Assembly (NCBI GenBank): GCA_038087875.1
Contig: CM075977.1
Location: 40,920,001 to 40,984,000, forward strand
Source: Malacoraja senta
Lineage: Eukaryota
DNA length: 64,000 nucleotides
Direction: 5' to 3'
The notes below the pieces were generated by a model, which saw nothing but the letters and a program-made list of their open reading frames with translations, did no database searches and had not been told where the DNA came from. Shown in pieces: positions 49,987 through 60,990 of this stretch (position 1 is its first letter; each line of letters opens with the position of its first letter). The position numbers and the translations under genes were made by a program.

Positions 49987-51671
49987 CTGTGCACTCGGCT
50001 CTATCATCTTTGGTGTAATCAGTGTTGTAGGAACAGTTGTTTGATATAGCTCATCTATCACATCACATATTTTAGTTAATTTTATTGTAAATGTTTTCCC
50101 CCGTTCCCCCATTTCCCTCCCATCTTTCCTCCCCACCCCCTCCTTTGCGTAGTTTCCCTTGCATCGTATTGTGCAGATTCCCTACTATTGCTTGAACACA
50201 CACTGTGCACAAAATTAAATTTAACTTATATATATATTTATATGAATGTGTGTTTGTGTGTGCCTGTGTGTGAGAGGCAAGTTAGAGATAAATACATACA
50301 TGGATCAGAAGCAACTTTGATTTAAAGCATCACCATCACTCTCTATCTTATTTGTCAGATGATGTACATAGACCATAAAGGCAATTATATATATAATTAT
50401 ATACATATAAATATATGCATATGTATATAAATATATTTATATATATTTACAAGCTGCACACAAAATATGACATATGGGGTCAAATTTCAAATTCCTTGAC
50501 AAGCACTTTATTGGGTTCATGACTGACATAGTATCAACAACAAATGTAGAAAAGATAGCACATTGATGACAAGTTTCCAAAAATGGCATCAGAATACACA
50601 AAATCATTTTGTGTAATGGTTGTCGCGTGGTGTCCACCAGTGACCTGGTTGGCACAGTAAGTGCATGTATTTCTTATTCCTTTCTATGTTGATGAATACC
50701 ACATGGAACAATAAAATTGCAAACACCATTTCCATTTCATTCACCTGATCATGTAGTAGAATACTGCATCCATCTGAGTGGACACCGCATGTGATCTAAA
50801 CGGTACATTACCTTGTGGATCTGAGTGACATAGATGGCTGATGAGACAGTGTGTTGCTAAATTGAAGATTGGCTCAGTTTTAGTTTTGATGAACAATTTA
50901 TGTAAAAAAAAGGTGATATCGATGTATATATATACACACAAAAATAAATATTTCTCTAGTTGTGATTTCCTCCTAATTTGTTTAGCNNNNNNNNNNNNNN
51001 NNNNNNNNNNNNNNNNNNNNNNNNNNNNNNNNNNNNNNNNNNNNNNNNNNNNNNNNNNNNNNNNNNNNNNNNNNNNNNNNNNNNNNNNNNNNNNNNNNNN
51101 NNNNNNNNNNNNNNNNNNNNNNNNNNNNNNNNNNNNNNNNNNNNNNNNNNNNNNNNNNNNNNNNNNNNNNNNNNNNNNNNNNNNNNNNNNNNNNNNNNNN
51201 NNNNNNNNNNNNNNNNNNNNNNNNNNNNNNNNNNNNNNNNNNNNNNNNNNNNNNNNNNNCCAGCAAGCCTTTGATACCGCGCTACGCCAACACCGCACGC
51301 AGAACCGCCGAGATTTTTTCCATTTCGGTAGAGATTTCACTTTTCTTTACAAGTAGTTGCTCCTGATTAAATTTCGTTGTGTTTATGTACACATTTTTAA
51401 TAAAATCCATCTCCCCCCCCCCACCCCCCAAAATTTCAAAATGTTAAAAAAAAAAAACAGCTCTCAGCCATAGAATGTTAGTCAAGGTTCCGTCGTGTGA
51501 TGTCACAATGCCCAATGCTCACAGATGTCCAATCGGACTGGATCCATTTACATATGCCTTTGCAGCAGTCCCAGCCCCCGCCCCCCCCGCCAGCCTGTGT
51601 CGAAGCGCGTCGTCACGTGTGGGAATAGAAAAAGACGATTGGGGGTGATAGGGAATGGGGAACAATGGACT

Positions 51672-52980
51672 GTCCCTACCCCTTCCCTCCCTCCACACTC
51701 TTCCCCCTCCCCTCCCCTACCCCATCTCCTCCTCCCTTCCCTCTCCCTCCCCCACACCTCTCTCCCCCTCCCCTTCCCTCTCTCCCCCTCCCCGTCCCTC
51801 TCTCCTCTCCCTCTCCTCACGTCTCCCCTCCTCCCCCTCCTCCTCCCCACCCCCATCCCTCTCTCCCCCCCCCCCCTTCCCCCACAACCGCTCACCCCCC
51901 CCATGTCCCTCCCCCACCCCTCCCTCCTCTCCCCACCCCCTCCCCCATTCCCTTCCCCATCCCTTCCCTCTCTCCCCCACCCCCTTCCCCCTTCCCTCTC
52001 CCCACTCGTCCCCCTCATCCACACTTCCCACTCTACCCACTAACCCATCTCCCTCCTCGCCTCCCTCCCCCCTCCCCCACACCTCTCTCCCCTCCCTCTC
52101 TCCTCCCCTCCCCCACCCCTCTCCTCCCCCTCCATCTCCCTCTCCTCACCCCTCCCTCCTCCTCCCACCCCCATCCATCTCTCCCCCACCCCCTTCCCTC
52201 TCTTCCCCCGCACCCTTCCCCCTACCCTCTGTCCTCTTCCTCCACTCCCCTACCACTCTCCACCTCCATCCTCACTCATCCACTTCCCTCCTCCCTTCCC
52301 CCACCCCCACCCTCCCTCTCCCTCCCCCTCTCCCCCCACCCCCTTCCCCTACCCCTCTCCCTCTTCAACCACTCCCCCCTCCCCCCTCCCCCTCCCTCTC
52401 TCCCACTTCCACCACTCCCCCTACACCTCTCCCCCTCCCTTCCCATTCTTCCACTTATCTCCCCCACCCCACTCTCCCCCCCTCCCTTCCCTCTCCCTAC
52501 CCAATCTTCCCCCTCTCTCTGCTCTCCCCCTCCCTCCACTCTTCCCCCTCTCCTCACCCCTCTCCCTCCTCCCCGCCCACCTCTCCCTCCTCCCCTCCCA
52601 CCCCCTCTCTTTCCCCCTCCCCCACCCCTCTTCACCCCCACCTCCCCCCCACCCCCTTCCCCTCTCTCTTGCACCACTCCTCGCTACCCCTCACTCCCCA
52701 CTCTTCCCCTCTCCCTCCCTCCCTCTCTTCCCCTACTCCTCTCCCTTCCCCTCATCCCCTCTCTCCACCTCTAACATCCCCTCCCCCCTTCCTGCCCTCC
52801 CCGCTCTCCTCCCACTCCCCACTCTCCTCCCCTCCCTCTCCGCCACCCTGCTGTCCTCTCCCTCCCCAATCTCTCCCCTTTCCTCCTCCCCCTCTCCCCT
52901 CCCTCCCCCTCTCCTCTTCTCTCCACACCCCGTCTCCCTCTCCCCTCTTCTCTCACCACCCCGTCTCCCTCCCCCCCCGC
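51672..52980. repeat. Polypyrimidine (C/T) low-complexity tract
   Basis: Almost only C and T on the + strand; produces spurious Pro-rich and Gly-rich ORFs. Confidence 0.95.
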
Positions 52981-53087
52981 CTGTGTTTGGGGGGTGGTTA
53001 GTGTGAGTGTGATGCCGCAGCCTCCCTCCCCCCCCCCCCCCCGCAAACGCACGTTGGGGAAACAGCCCGCCAACAGTCTCTCTGTCT

Positions 53088-53203
53088 TTAAGAAGGAACT
53101 GCAGATGTCTGAAGATGGGTTTCGTCCAAAAGCGTAGCCTATTTCCTTCGCTCCATAGATGCTGCTGCACCCGCTGAGTTTCTCCAGCTTTCTTTTGTGT
53201 ACC
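53088..53203 (+). mobile_element. Short Penelope pLTR fragment with inverted head and mutated hammerhead core
   Basis: AAGAAGGAACTGCAGATG (inverted pLTR end) followed by CTGAAGA..AAAAGCGTAG and the pLTR tail. Confidence 0.75.
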
Positions 53204-53589
53204 AGTCTCTCTGTCTCTCCCCTCTCCTCTCTCTCTCTCTCTGCCCTTCTCTCTTCACAGCCCGCGGCTCGACTCATGCACGCCCGTTCCAACCCCACCC
53301 CCCTTCACCTCTCTCCCCTTCCTCTCCGCCCCCCTCCCCCCCCATCCTCACTCCCCCTCCTCTTCCCCCCCTTCCATTCCCCCCTTCCTCTACACCCTCC
53401 TCCTCCCCCCCTCCTCACAAAAAACGATAAGAATTAGCTTTATTTTTATTGGATTTAATTTATTTGTTTCTCATTTACCTGATCATTATAATCTTAAAAG
53501 ATTAATTTTTTAAGATTAACATTTGATTGCATTTCATTGTTAATTTCTTTATTTTTATTACATAATTTTCTCATTTAACTGTTCATTCA

Positions 53590-54570
53590 CTTCCGGAGTG
53601 GTGGCGCGGCCCTGGCTGCAGCGGCTCATCGGCAGTCCCGTTTGTTTGTGTTTTTTGTGTTGTTTATTTTGTTTTGGTTAGTCTAGTTTTTGGTTCTTAG
53701 TTTGTGTTTTGGGGGGGTGGGGGGTTGAAACGGGGTTTGCAGTCTCTCCCTGCGGGGGAATGTGACCTTTTTGTCGTATTCCCCTTCTCTGCCTCCGTCT
53801 GCGCTGAGGCCTAATGGAGCTGATGACCTCGAGGCTCCGGAGGCAGAGCCCGTCAGGACTCGCCCTGAGCTCGCTCCCGTGAGGGTGGTCCGGCTCAGGG
53901 CTGGAACAGTGCTCCCGTGAGAGGTTGTGGTGCTCTCGTGAGGGCAGCCAGCCCAAGGGTGGAACGAGGCTCCCGTTGGAGCGGCCGAGCTCGGGGAGGT
54001 GCGGCGCTCGCAGCCCGAGGGAGGTTCGGCGCCCATGTCGGGCGACCCGGCCGGAGGGAGAAGCGAGGCTCAAGTCGGGGCGGCCCGGCCGGAGGGAGAA
54101 GCGACGCCCAAGTCGGGGCGGCCCGGCCCGGGGAAGAGGCGACGCCCATGTCGGGGCGGCCTGGCTCGGGGGAGGTTCGGCACGGTACTCACGTGAGGGT
54201 GGCTGGGACGTTGTTCTGGCGGTGGTGGCCTGAGTCCGGGGTTCGGCCGCGGGCCAGCGGCTGCGTCTGCAGGACTGGTGGGCGGCAGCTTCGACCACCC
54301 CGGGCCGCGGTGTTTGAGCCGCGGGACTGATTTATATCATCGCCCGGGGGGTATCGCCTCAGCGCAGAGGGAGAAGAGGAGGGAAGAGACTGCAGACCAA
54401 AGACTTTTGCCTCCATCACAGTGAGGAGATGCTGGGTGGACTCACTGTGGTGGATGTTAATATGTGTTTATTGTTGTTTTTATTGTATTATATGTATCTG
54501 CTGCAATTTCGTCCAGACTTCGGTCTGAACGACAATAAAGGCATATCTATCTATATCTATATCTATCTAT
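53590..54570 (+). mobile_element. Full-length-looking GC-rich non-autonomous retroposon with ~38-bp internal tandem repeats and (TATC)n tail
   Basis: Head shared with the 3340 element, tail shared with the 5102 element; tandem units at 54030-54175. Confidence 0.75.
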
Positions 54571-56061
54571 TATAAATCTTCAAGAGTGCATTTCATTTTT
54601 TACATTAACATTTCATTGGATTTCATTGTTAAATTCTTTATTTGTTTTTCATTGAATTGAATTATTTTCACTTAACGTTACTACTTTTTAAACAATAACT
54701 TTTAATTTCAAATCCCCTCCCTCCCTCTCTCCCCCTCCTCTCTCCCCCTCCTCTCTCCCCCTTCCTCTCCTACCTTCCTCTCCCCCTTCCTCTCCCCCCT
54801 CTTCCTCCCCCTCCTCTCAAATTTTTTTTTCTAACATTACATTTTCCCCGTTTGTTACATCTTTACCATTTTGAAATTTCTAAATTCTTAACGATTGTCT
54901 TTAATTCTTAAAGACAACATTTCATTTCAAATACCGTTTTTTAGAAATAAATTTGCTGCCTTTTTATTGACAGCTTAGAGTCAAAATCATTGTTATTTCA
55001 CTTTGTCAACGTTGAATTTTTAATTTTTTTTTAAAGATAGTTTGTGGGGGCGGGTGCTTAGTGTCTGTCACTTTGCGGAGGCGGGCACGCGATCTCCATT
55101 CAAGCAGACGCTCTCATCTGTGGGGGCGCGTGCTTAGTGAAGAGTGCATTTCATTTCAAAGATTAATTTAAAAAAATTAACATTTGATTGCATTTCATTG
55201 TTAAATTCTTTATTTGTTTTTCATTGAATTGAATTATTTCTCACTTAACATTACTTTTTAACACTAACTTTTAATTTCAAATACCGTTTAAAAAAATAAA
55301 TTTTCTGTCTTTTCATTGACAGCTTAGATTCTAAATCATTGCTTTTTCACTTTGTCAACGTTGAGTTTTTTGGGATTTTTTTAAAAGATAGTTTAAAATA
55401 AACTTTTTTCTAACATTAAATTTTCCCCGTTTGTTACATCTTTACCATTTTGAAATTTCTAAATTCTTAACGATTGTCTTTAATTCTTAAAGACAACATT
55501 TCATTTCAAAGACAGCATTTTTTTGATTTTTAATTGACGTTTATATTGACAACATATTAAAAAAAAAATCATTGTAATTGATAACAGATTTCATTGTGAT
55601 TGATTTCATTCTAGAGGAAAGGCTCCATTTTCAAGAAATTTATCTGTTTTTATTGACAACTGAGATTTCAAAACAATTTCTTTGTGATTTATTTCATTTG
55701 ATCTGAAAGCTACCATTTGGAATATATTCATCTGTCATCATTGGGAACTGAGAATGTGTTTGGGCATTTTTTTATTCAGAAAAATTCCATTTTGAATAAT
55801 TTAATCCAGGCTTCATTGCCAACTGAGATTCTGTTTTCAAATCATGCCAAGAGGAAGGAATAGACATACAGGACGGTCGTGTGATGAGAAAATGAGACAT
55901 CGAGAAGTAATGAGGAGGAGAAAAGAACAACTGGACTCAGCAAGAAAGAACACAACATCTCCGAGATAATCCGGAGATAAACCAGGAGAGAAGGGCACAA
56001 CAGACACAGCCAGAAACATTTCAATGTCTCCAAGATAGTCGGGGTACACAGCGGGAGAGAA

Positions 56062-59000
56062 GTGCATATGAGACGAACCAGGAGAGAAGGGCACAAGAGA
56101 CACAGCCTGAAACATCTCAGTGTCTACAAGATAGTCGGGGTAGACAGCGGGAGAGAAGTGCACATGAGATGCAGCAAAAAACAAACTCAACGTCTCAGAG
56201 AAAAACGAGAGAGAGAGCGCAAGAGAAAGGCTGAAGAGACGCATCAAGAAAGAACTCAACGTCTCAGAAATCAACGAGAGAGGGAGGGGGAGAGAAGGGA
56301 TAAAGAGACGCTGCCAGAAAGAAGTCAACGTCTCAGAAATAAACGCGAGAGAGAGCAGGAGAGAAGGACTCAAGAGACGGAGCCAAAAAGAAGTCAACAT
56401 CTCAGAAATCAACGAGTGAGAGAGCAGGAGAGAATGACTCGAGAGACGGAGCCAGAAAGAAGTCAACGTCTCAGAAATAAACGAGAGAGGAAGCAGGAGA
56501 GAAGGACTCAAGAGACAGAGCCAGAAAGAAGCCAACGTCTCAGAAATAAACGAGAGAGGGAGCAGGAGAGAAGGACTCGAGAGACAGAGCCAGAAAAACG
56601 TCAACATCTCAGAAATAAACAAGAGAGGGAGCAGGAGAGAAGGACTCAAGAGACAGAGCCAGAAAGAAGTCAACGTCTCAGAAATAAACGAGAGGCGGAG
56701 CAGGAAAGAAGGACTCAAGAGACAGAGCCAGAAAGAAGTCAACGTATCAGAAATAAACGAGAGAGGGAGCAGGAAAGAAGGACTCGAGAAATGCATCAAG
56801 AAACAACTCAACATCTTGAGGAACATCAACAAAGAATACAAATGAGAAGGGATGCAGAGATGGGAGATGAAAGAACTAGAAGGCTGGATGAACAACGAAA
56901 TGCACGACTTACAAGGAGAAATATTAATGCTGATGTTGGTCAAATGACCAATGTTTGCGTTCATTGTCGAGCTAAACGCTACTCAGGAGAAACGACCCAC
57001 TTTTGCTGCATGAAGGGTAAGGTCAACATTGCTCCTCTGAAAACACTCCCGAATGCACTCATTAATTTGTATACAGGTGACACGCCACAAGCATATAAGT
57101 TCCAAAAGAATATTAGACAATACAATTGCCTCTTTCAATTCACGTCATTTGGTGCCAAGGAAGAGGTGTCACGTGGATGGAATCCTTCAGTGATCATTCA
57201 AGGCCAGATTCATCATTTCATTGGTTCTCTGATGCCTGACCAAGATCAACAAAGTAAATTCTTACAAATTTATTTCATGGACCCGCAAGATAGCATTGAG
57301 TTGCGAATGAGTATACTCCAAGATGCTGGTATTCAAAGGGACACTGTTGAAATGCTTGAAAACATGATAAGACTAAACAACCCTTACATTCATTCACTTG
57401 TGATGGCGATGGAGAGAATTAGAGATTTACCGGAGGCATCAATCGTTATTGATCCCAATTATCGGCCACCTTTCCAACATGAACGGAGGTTTAACACGCA
57501 AACTGCAAATGAAGTTGCCGTCCTCATTGCAAACAGTAATGAGCCTGTGGCAACATCATGCCACATTGTCTTGAGAAGAAGAGGAAGAGGAGGAGCAGAA
57601 GGAGGTCTGCAAATCATTTCAGAGTCCCATAGGTCTTATGACAGTTTTCAATACATCCTTTTCTTTCAACTTGGTGATGACGGGTGGCATTCACAACTCC
57701 AAATGAGTACCGGCAGAAAATTGACACTAATGCGATATTATGCATATAGGATCATGAATCGTGACAATGAATTCAACCAGCTTTTGAGAGGAGGACGACT
57801 CTTCCAACAATATCTTGTTGATATGGCGGCTAAAATGGAAGGTGATAGACTTAATTATATTCGCATGAATCAGGTATCGTTGAGGTCAACGATGTACAAA
57901 GGACTGAATGCATTACATGATGATGATGACTTGGAAAACATTGGAAGGCGCATCATCCTCTCTTCAACATTTGTCGGTGGTCCCAGATATATGATGGGAC
58001 GATGCCAGGACGCAATGATGTATGTTCGGAAGTATGGTACTGCTGCATTCTTCATTACAATGACCTGCAATCCAAATTGGAGCGAGATCCGACAGTGCCT
58101 CTTTCCAAATCAGCAGCCGTCTGATAGACCGGAATTAATAGCAAGAGTATTCGAGCTGAAAAGAAAAATATTCATGAAGACCGTCACTGGACCAGATGGC
58201 TTCTTTGGAAACTGTATTGCTTTCATCTTGACTATGGAATATCAGAAGAGAGGCATGCCTCATTTCCATTGTCTGCTTTGGCTTGATGAAGCGAGTAAGC
58301 CAAGACCTCAACATTATGAAAGATTTGTGCAAGCTGAAATTCCAGACCCACAAGCAGATCCTGAGCTGCATAAATTGGTACTCAAGCACATGATCCATGG
58401 ACCGTTCTGCAAGGCCACATCTCGATGTTGGAAGGAAGGAAGATGCACCAAGAGATTCCCAAAGCCATTTGTCGAAAGCACAATGTATGGAGATGATTCG
58501 TATCCTCTGTACAGGAGAAGATCTCCAGCAATGGGAGGATTTCAGGGACATCAAGAAGGACGTCCGTTACCGACTATTACTTCTAATTGGGTTGTGCCCT
58601 ATAATGCAGAACTATTGAAGGCTTTCCAATGTCACCTCAACGTCGAAATATGCTGCTCTGTACAGTCAATCAAATACGTCATCAAGTACACCTTGAAGGG
58701 ATGTGATCAGGCAGCTTTTGGAATTAACGTAAATGACGAGATTAAACAGTACCTGAATGGAAGATACATTGGTCCTTCAGAGGCAGCGGCATCAGTCCTT
58801 GGATTTCTTACTCATGAGAGACACCCCCCTGTCATTCGACTTGATGTACATCTACCAGACCAACAACAAGTATTTTTTGATGCTGCTCAGCAAGGGATGA
58901 ATGATGGAATGGCGAGAACCACTTTGACTGAATTTGTTCGATTGAGTTCTGAAGATCCATTTGCAAGAACACTATTGTACGTTGATGTACCTCGATTTTA

Positions 59001-60990
59001 TACATGGAGCAGCAAGAGATGGCAAAGAAGGAAGGTTGGGAAGAGAGTGGATAACTTCCCAGGTATCTTTGAAGTCAACGTTCTTGGACGAATATATGTC
59101 ATTTCTCCAAAACACGGTGACCTCTTCTACATGAGACTGCTTCTGCATCACGTGAAAGGACCAGTGTCTTTCGAGTCTTTGAAGACACATAATGGAGTAA
59201 TTCTTCCTTCCTTCAAAGACGTCTGCAGAGAAAGAGGTTTGTTGGAAGCTGACGACCATTGGCAACAAACAATGGAAGATGCTGATATGACAAGACTCCC
59301 CAGGGCAATCAGGGATTTGTTTGTTGTTCTGCTGACAAATACTGACATCAACGATCCTCTACAATTATGGGATCGCTTCAAGAATTGCATGTCTGAGGAT
59401 TACCTTGAAAGCGAGCGAAGAAGAAAAAGTGATCGGAATATCACAATTGATGACAGACATCATGATCAGGCTCTGTTTTATATTCAGGACAAGCTTGAGA
59501 ATTGCAACACCACACTGGAAAATTTTTCCTTGCCTCGACCAAGAAATGAAAGGATGGACATTGATGGTGAAAATGTTGATTTACTTAATGAATTGAATTA
59601 CAATAGATCAGAACAACAGCGATTTGTTGATGAGAATGAGCCTCTGCTGAATGCTGAGCAGAGAGAAGTTTATGACCATGTGTGCGACTGCTTGCAAAGG
59701 AATCTATCTTCAATGATTTTCATTGACTCACCAGGAGGAACAGGAAAGACATTTATCATAAATTTGATCCTCTCCACAGTTAGAGCTCAAGGTCAAATTG
59801 CCATTGCTGTAGCATCGTCTGGTATCGCAGCCACATTAATGCCTGGTGGAAGAACTGCACATTCTCGATTCAAGATACCTATCCATGTGACGGAGGATTC
59901 AACGTGCAACATCAACAGCAACTCTAAAACGGGAGATTTCTTCAGGAGAGTGAAGCTCATTGTTTGGGTTGAGTGTCCAATGATTAGGAGGGAGTGCTTT
60001 GAAGCGGTGGATAGAACTCTTCAAGATGTATGCCGCAAAAAGGATAATTTTGGCGGAATTCTTACCATTTGTTGTGGTGATTTTAGACAACTCCTTCCTG
60101 TAGTGAAGATGGGAAGTGATATTGATGTTCAAAACGCCTGCATCAAGACATCGTACTTGTGGCGGACTTTCACAAAGTTTGAATTGAAGAGAAATATGCG
60201 ATTGACCGAAGGAGAGGGTGATTATTCTAAATTTTTGTTGGATGTAGGAGAGGACAACATTGCAAAGAATGAAGACAATGAAATTGACATTCCAGAAGAC
60301 ATGGTTCTCTCAGCAAGAACACTGGATGACTGCATTGATTATATCTATCCAGCATTTGACCACCCTGCAACATTATTCTCTAACAATTGTATCTTGGTTC
60401 CTCACAATGATTCAATGAGAAAAATCAATTCTACGTGTGTCAGATGCTTCCCTGGAACCATGAGGGAGTACTATTCTTTCAATTCTGTCACTGACGGACC
60501 GAATTCAACTCACTTCCCAACGGAATTCCTCGATTCAGTCGAGATCTGTGGATTACCACCACACAAATTGGAGTTGAAGAAAGGATCTCCAATTGTTTTA
60601 ATCAGAAACTTGCAACCCCCAAAGCTATTCAATGGAACGAGGTTAATTGTAGAACAGCTGCACAATAATCTCATCGTTGCTAGAATCAACATGGGGGCCT
60701 ACAAAGAAGAGATTGTTCTCATTCCTAGGATGAAGATCAATTTGTCAGAAGATGAAAACATTCCCATTAGGCGGAGCCAATTCCCTATTCTGTCGAAATT
60801 TGCGATGACAATTCATAAGGCACAAGGACAAACCATGGAGAAGGTCTTGATGTACCTTGAGAAACCAGTATTTCAACATGGCCAACTATATGTAGCTCTT
60901 AGCAGAGGAAAGGTAAAGGAACAAGTAAAAGTGTTCCTGAAGGATGGGACATCAACCAGGAATGTTGTAATTAAACAAATGCTTTGTTGA
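56062..60990 (+). CDS. Helitron Rep/Helicase (RepHel) transposase, 1642-codon open frame
   Basis: Zn-finger CVHC..CC..GKV; HUH Rep motifs FITMTCNPNW, EYQKRGMPHFHCL, KYVIKY; Pif1 helicase motifs SPGGTGKT, GRTAHS, GDFRQLLP, AMTIHKAQGQT, GQLYVALSR. Confidence 0.97.
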   Translation: MHMRRTRREGHKRHSLKHLSVYKIVGVDSGREVHMRCSKKQTQRLREKRERERKRKAEETHQERTQRLRNQREREGERRDKETLPERSQRLRNKREREQERRTQETEPKRSQHLRNQRVREQERMTRETEPERSQRLRNKRERKQERRTQETEPERSQRLRNKREREQERRTRETEPEKRQHLRNKQEREQERRTQETEPERSQRLRNKREAEQERRTQETEPERSQRIRNKREREQERRTREMHQETTQHLEEHQQRIQMRRDAEMGDERTRRLDEQRNARLTRRNINADVGQMTNVCVHCRAKRYSGETTHFCCMKGKVNIAPLKTLPNALINLYTGDTPQAYKFQKNIRQYNCLFQFTSFGAKEEVSRGWNPSVIIQGQIHHFIGSLMPDQDQQSKFLQIYFMDPQDSIELRMSILQDAGIQRDTVEMLENMIRLNNPYIHSLVMAMERIRDLPEASIVIDPNYRPPFQHERRFNTQTANEVAVLIANSNEPVATSCHIVLRRRGRGGAEGGLQIISESHRSYDSFQYILFFQLGDDGWHSQLQMSTGRKLTLMRYYAYRIMNRDNEFNQLLRGGRLFQQYLVDMAAKMEGDRLNYIRMNQVSLRSTMYKGLNALHDDDDLENIGRRIILSSTFVGGPRYMMGRCQDAMMYVRKYGTAAFFITMTCNPNWSEIRQCLFPNQQPSDRPELIARVFELKRKIFMKTVTGPDGFFGNCIAFILTMEYQKRGMPHFHCLLWLDEASKPRPQHYERFVQAEIPDPQADPELHKLVLKHMIHGPFCKATSRCWKEGRCTKRFPKPFVESTMYGDDSYPLYRRRSPAMGGFQGHQEGRPLPTITSNWVVPYNAELLKAFQCHLNVEICCSVQSIKYVIKYTLKGCDQAAFGINVNDEIKQYLNGRYIGPSEAAASVLGFLTHERHPPVIRLDVHLPDQQQVFFDAAQQGMNDGMARTTLTEFVRLSSEDPFARTLLYVDVPRFYTWSSKRWQRRKVGKRVDNFPGIFEVNVLGRIYVISPKHGDLFYMRLLLHHVKGPVSFESLKTHNGVILPSFKDVCRERGLLEADDHWQQTMEDADMTRLPRAIRDLFVVLLTNTDINDPLQLWDRFKNCMSEDYLESERRRKSDRNITIDDRHHDQALFYIQDKLENCNTTLENFSLPRPRNERMDIDGENVDLLNELNYNRSEQQRFVDENEPLLNAEQREVYDHVCDCLQRNLSSMIFIDSPGGTGKTFIINLILSTVRAQGQIAIAVASSGIAATLMPGGRTAHSRFKIPIHVTEDSTCNINSNSKTGDFFRRVKLIVWVECPMIRRECFEAVDRTLQDVCRKKDNFGGILTICCGDFRQLLPVVKMGSDIDVQNACIKTSYLWRTFTKFELKRNMRLTEGEGDYSKFLLDVGEDNIAKNEDNEIDIPEDMVLSARTLDDCIDYIYPAFDHPATLFSNNCILVPHNDSMRKINSTCVRCFPGTMREYYSFNSVTDGPNSTHFPTEFLDSVEICGLPPHKLELKKGSPIVLIRNLQPPKLFNGTRLIVEQLHNNLIVARINMGAYKEEIVLIPRMKINLSEDENIPIRRSQFPILSKFAMTIHKAQGQTMEKVLMYLEKPVFQHGQLYVALSRGKVKEQVKVFLKDGTSTRNVVIKQMLC
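56185..56820 (+). repeat. 60-bp (20-aa) coding tandem repeat, ~10 copies, in the RepHel N-terminus
   Basis: Unit approximately SQRLRNKREREQERRTQETEPER; register visible line to line in the sequence. Confidence 0.95.

Noticed and set aside
50440-50900. Possible exon-like sequence ending in GTAAGT
   Set aside because: Contains stops and no recognisable protein motif; cannot be supported without a search.
48804-51356. ORFs containing runs of X
   Set aside because: They span assembly gaps (49351-49550 and 50987-51259); only the Tc1 part is real.
51525-53437. Long Pro-rich and Gly-rich ORFs (up to 448 aa)
   Set aside because: They arise from stop-poor C/T low-complexity DNA that is open in most frames; no domain content.
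56185-56820. Regular repeat array as a possible CRISPR
   Set aside because: Contiguous coding tandem units with no unique spacers, in a vertebrate context, with no cas genes.
55837-56964. 375-aa hydrophobic ORF on the minus strand
   Set aside because: Antisense shadow of the purine-rich 60-bp RepHel repeat.
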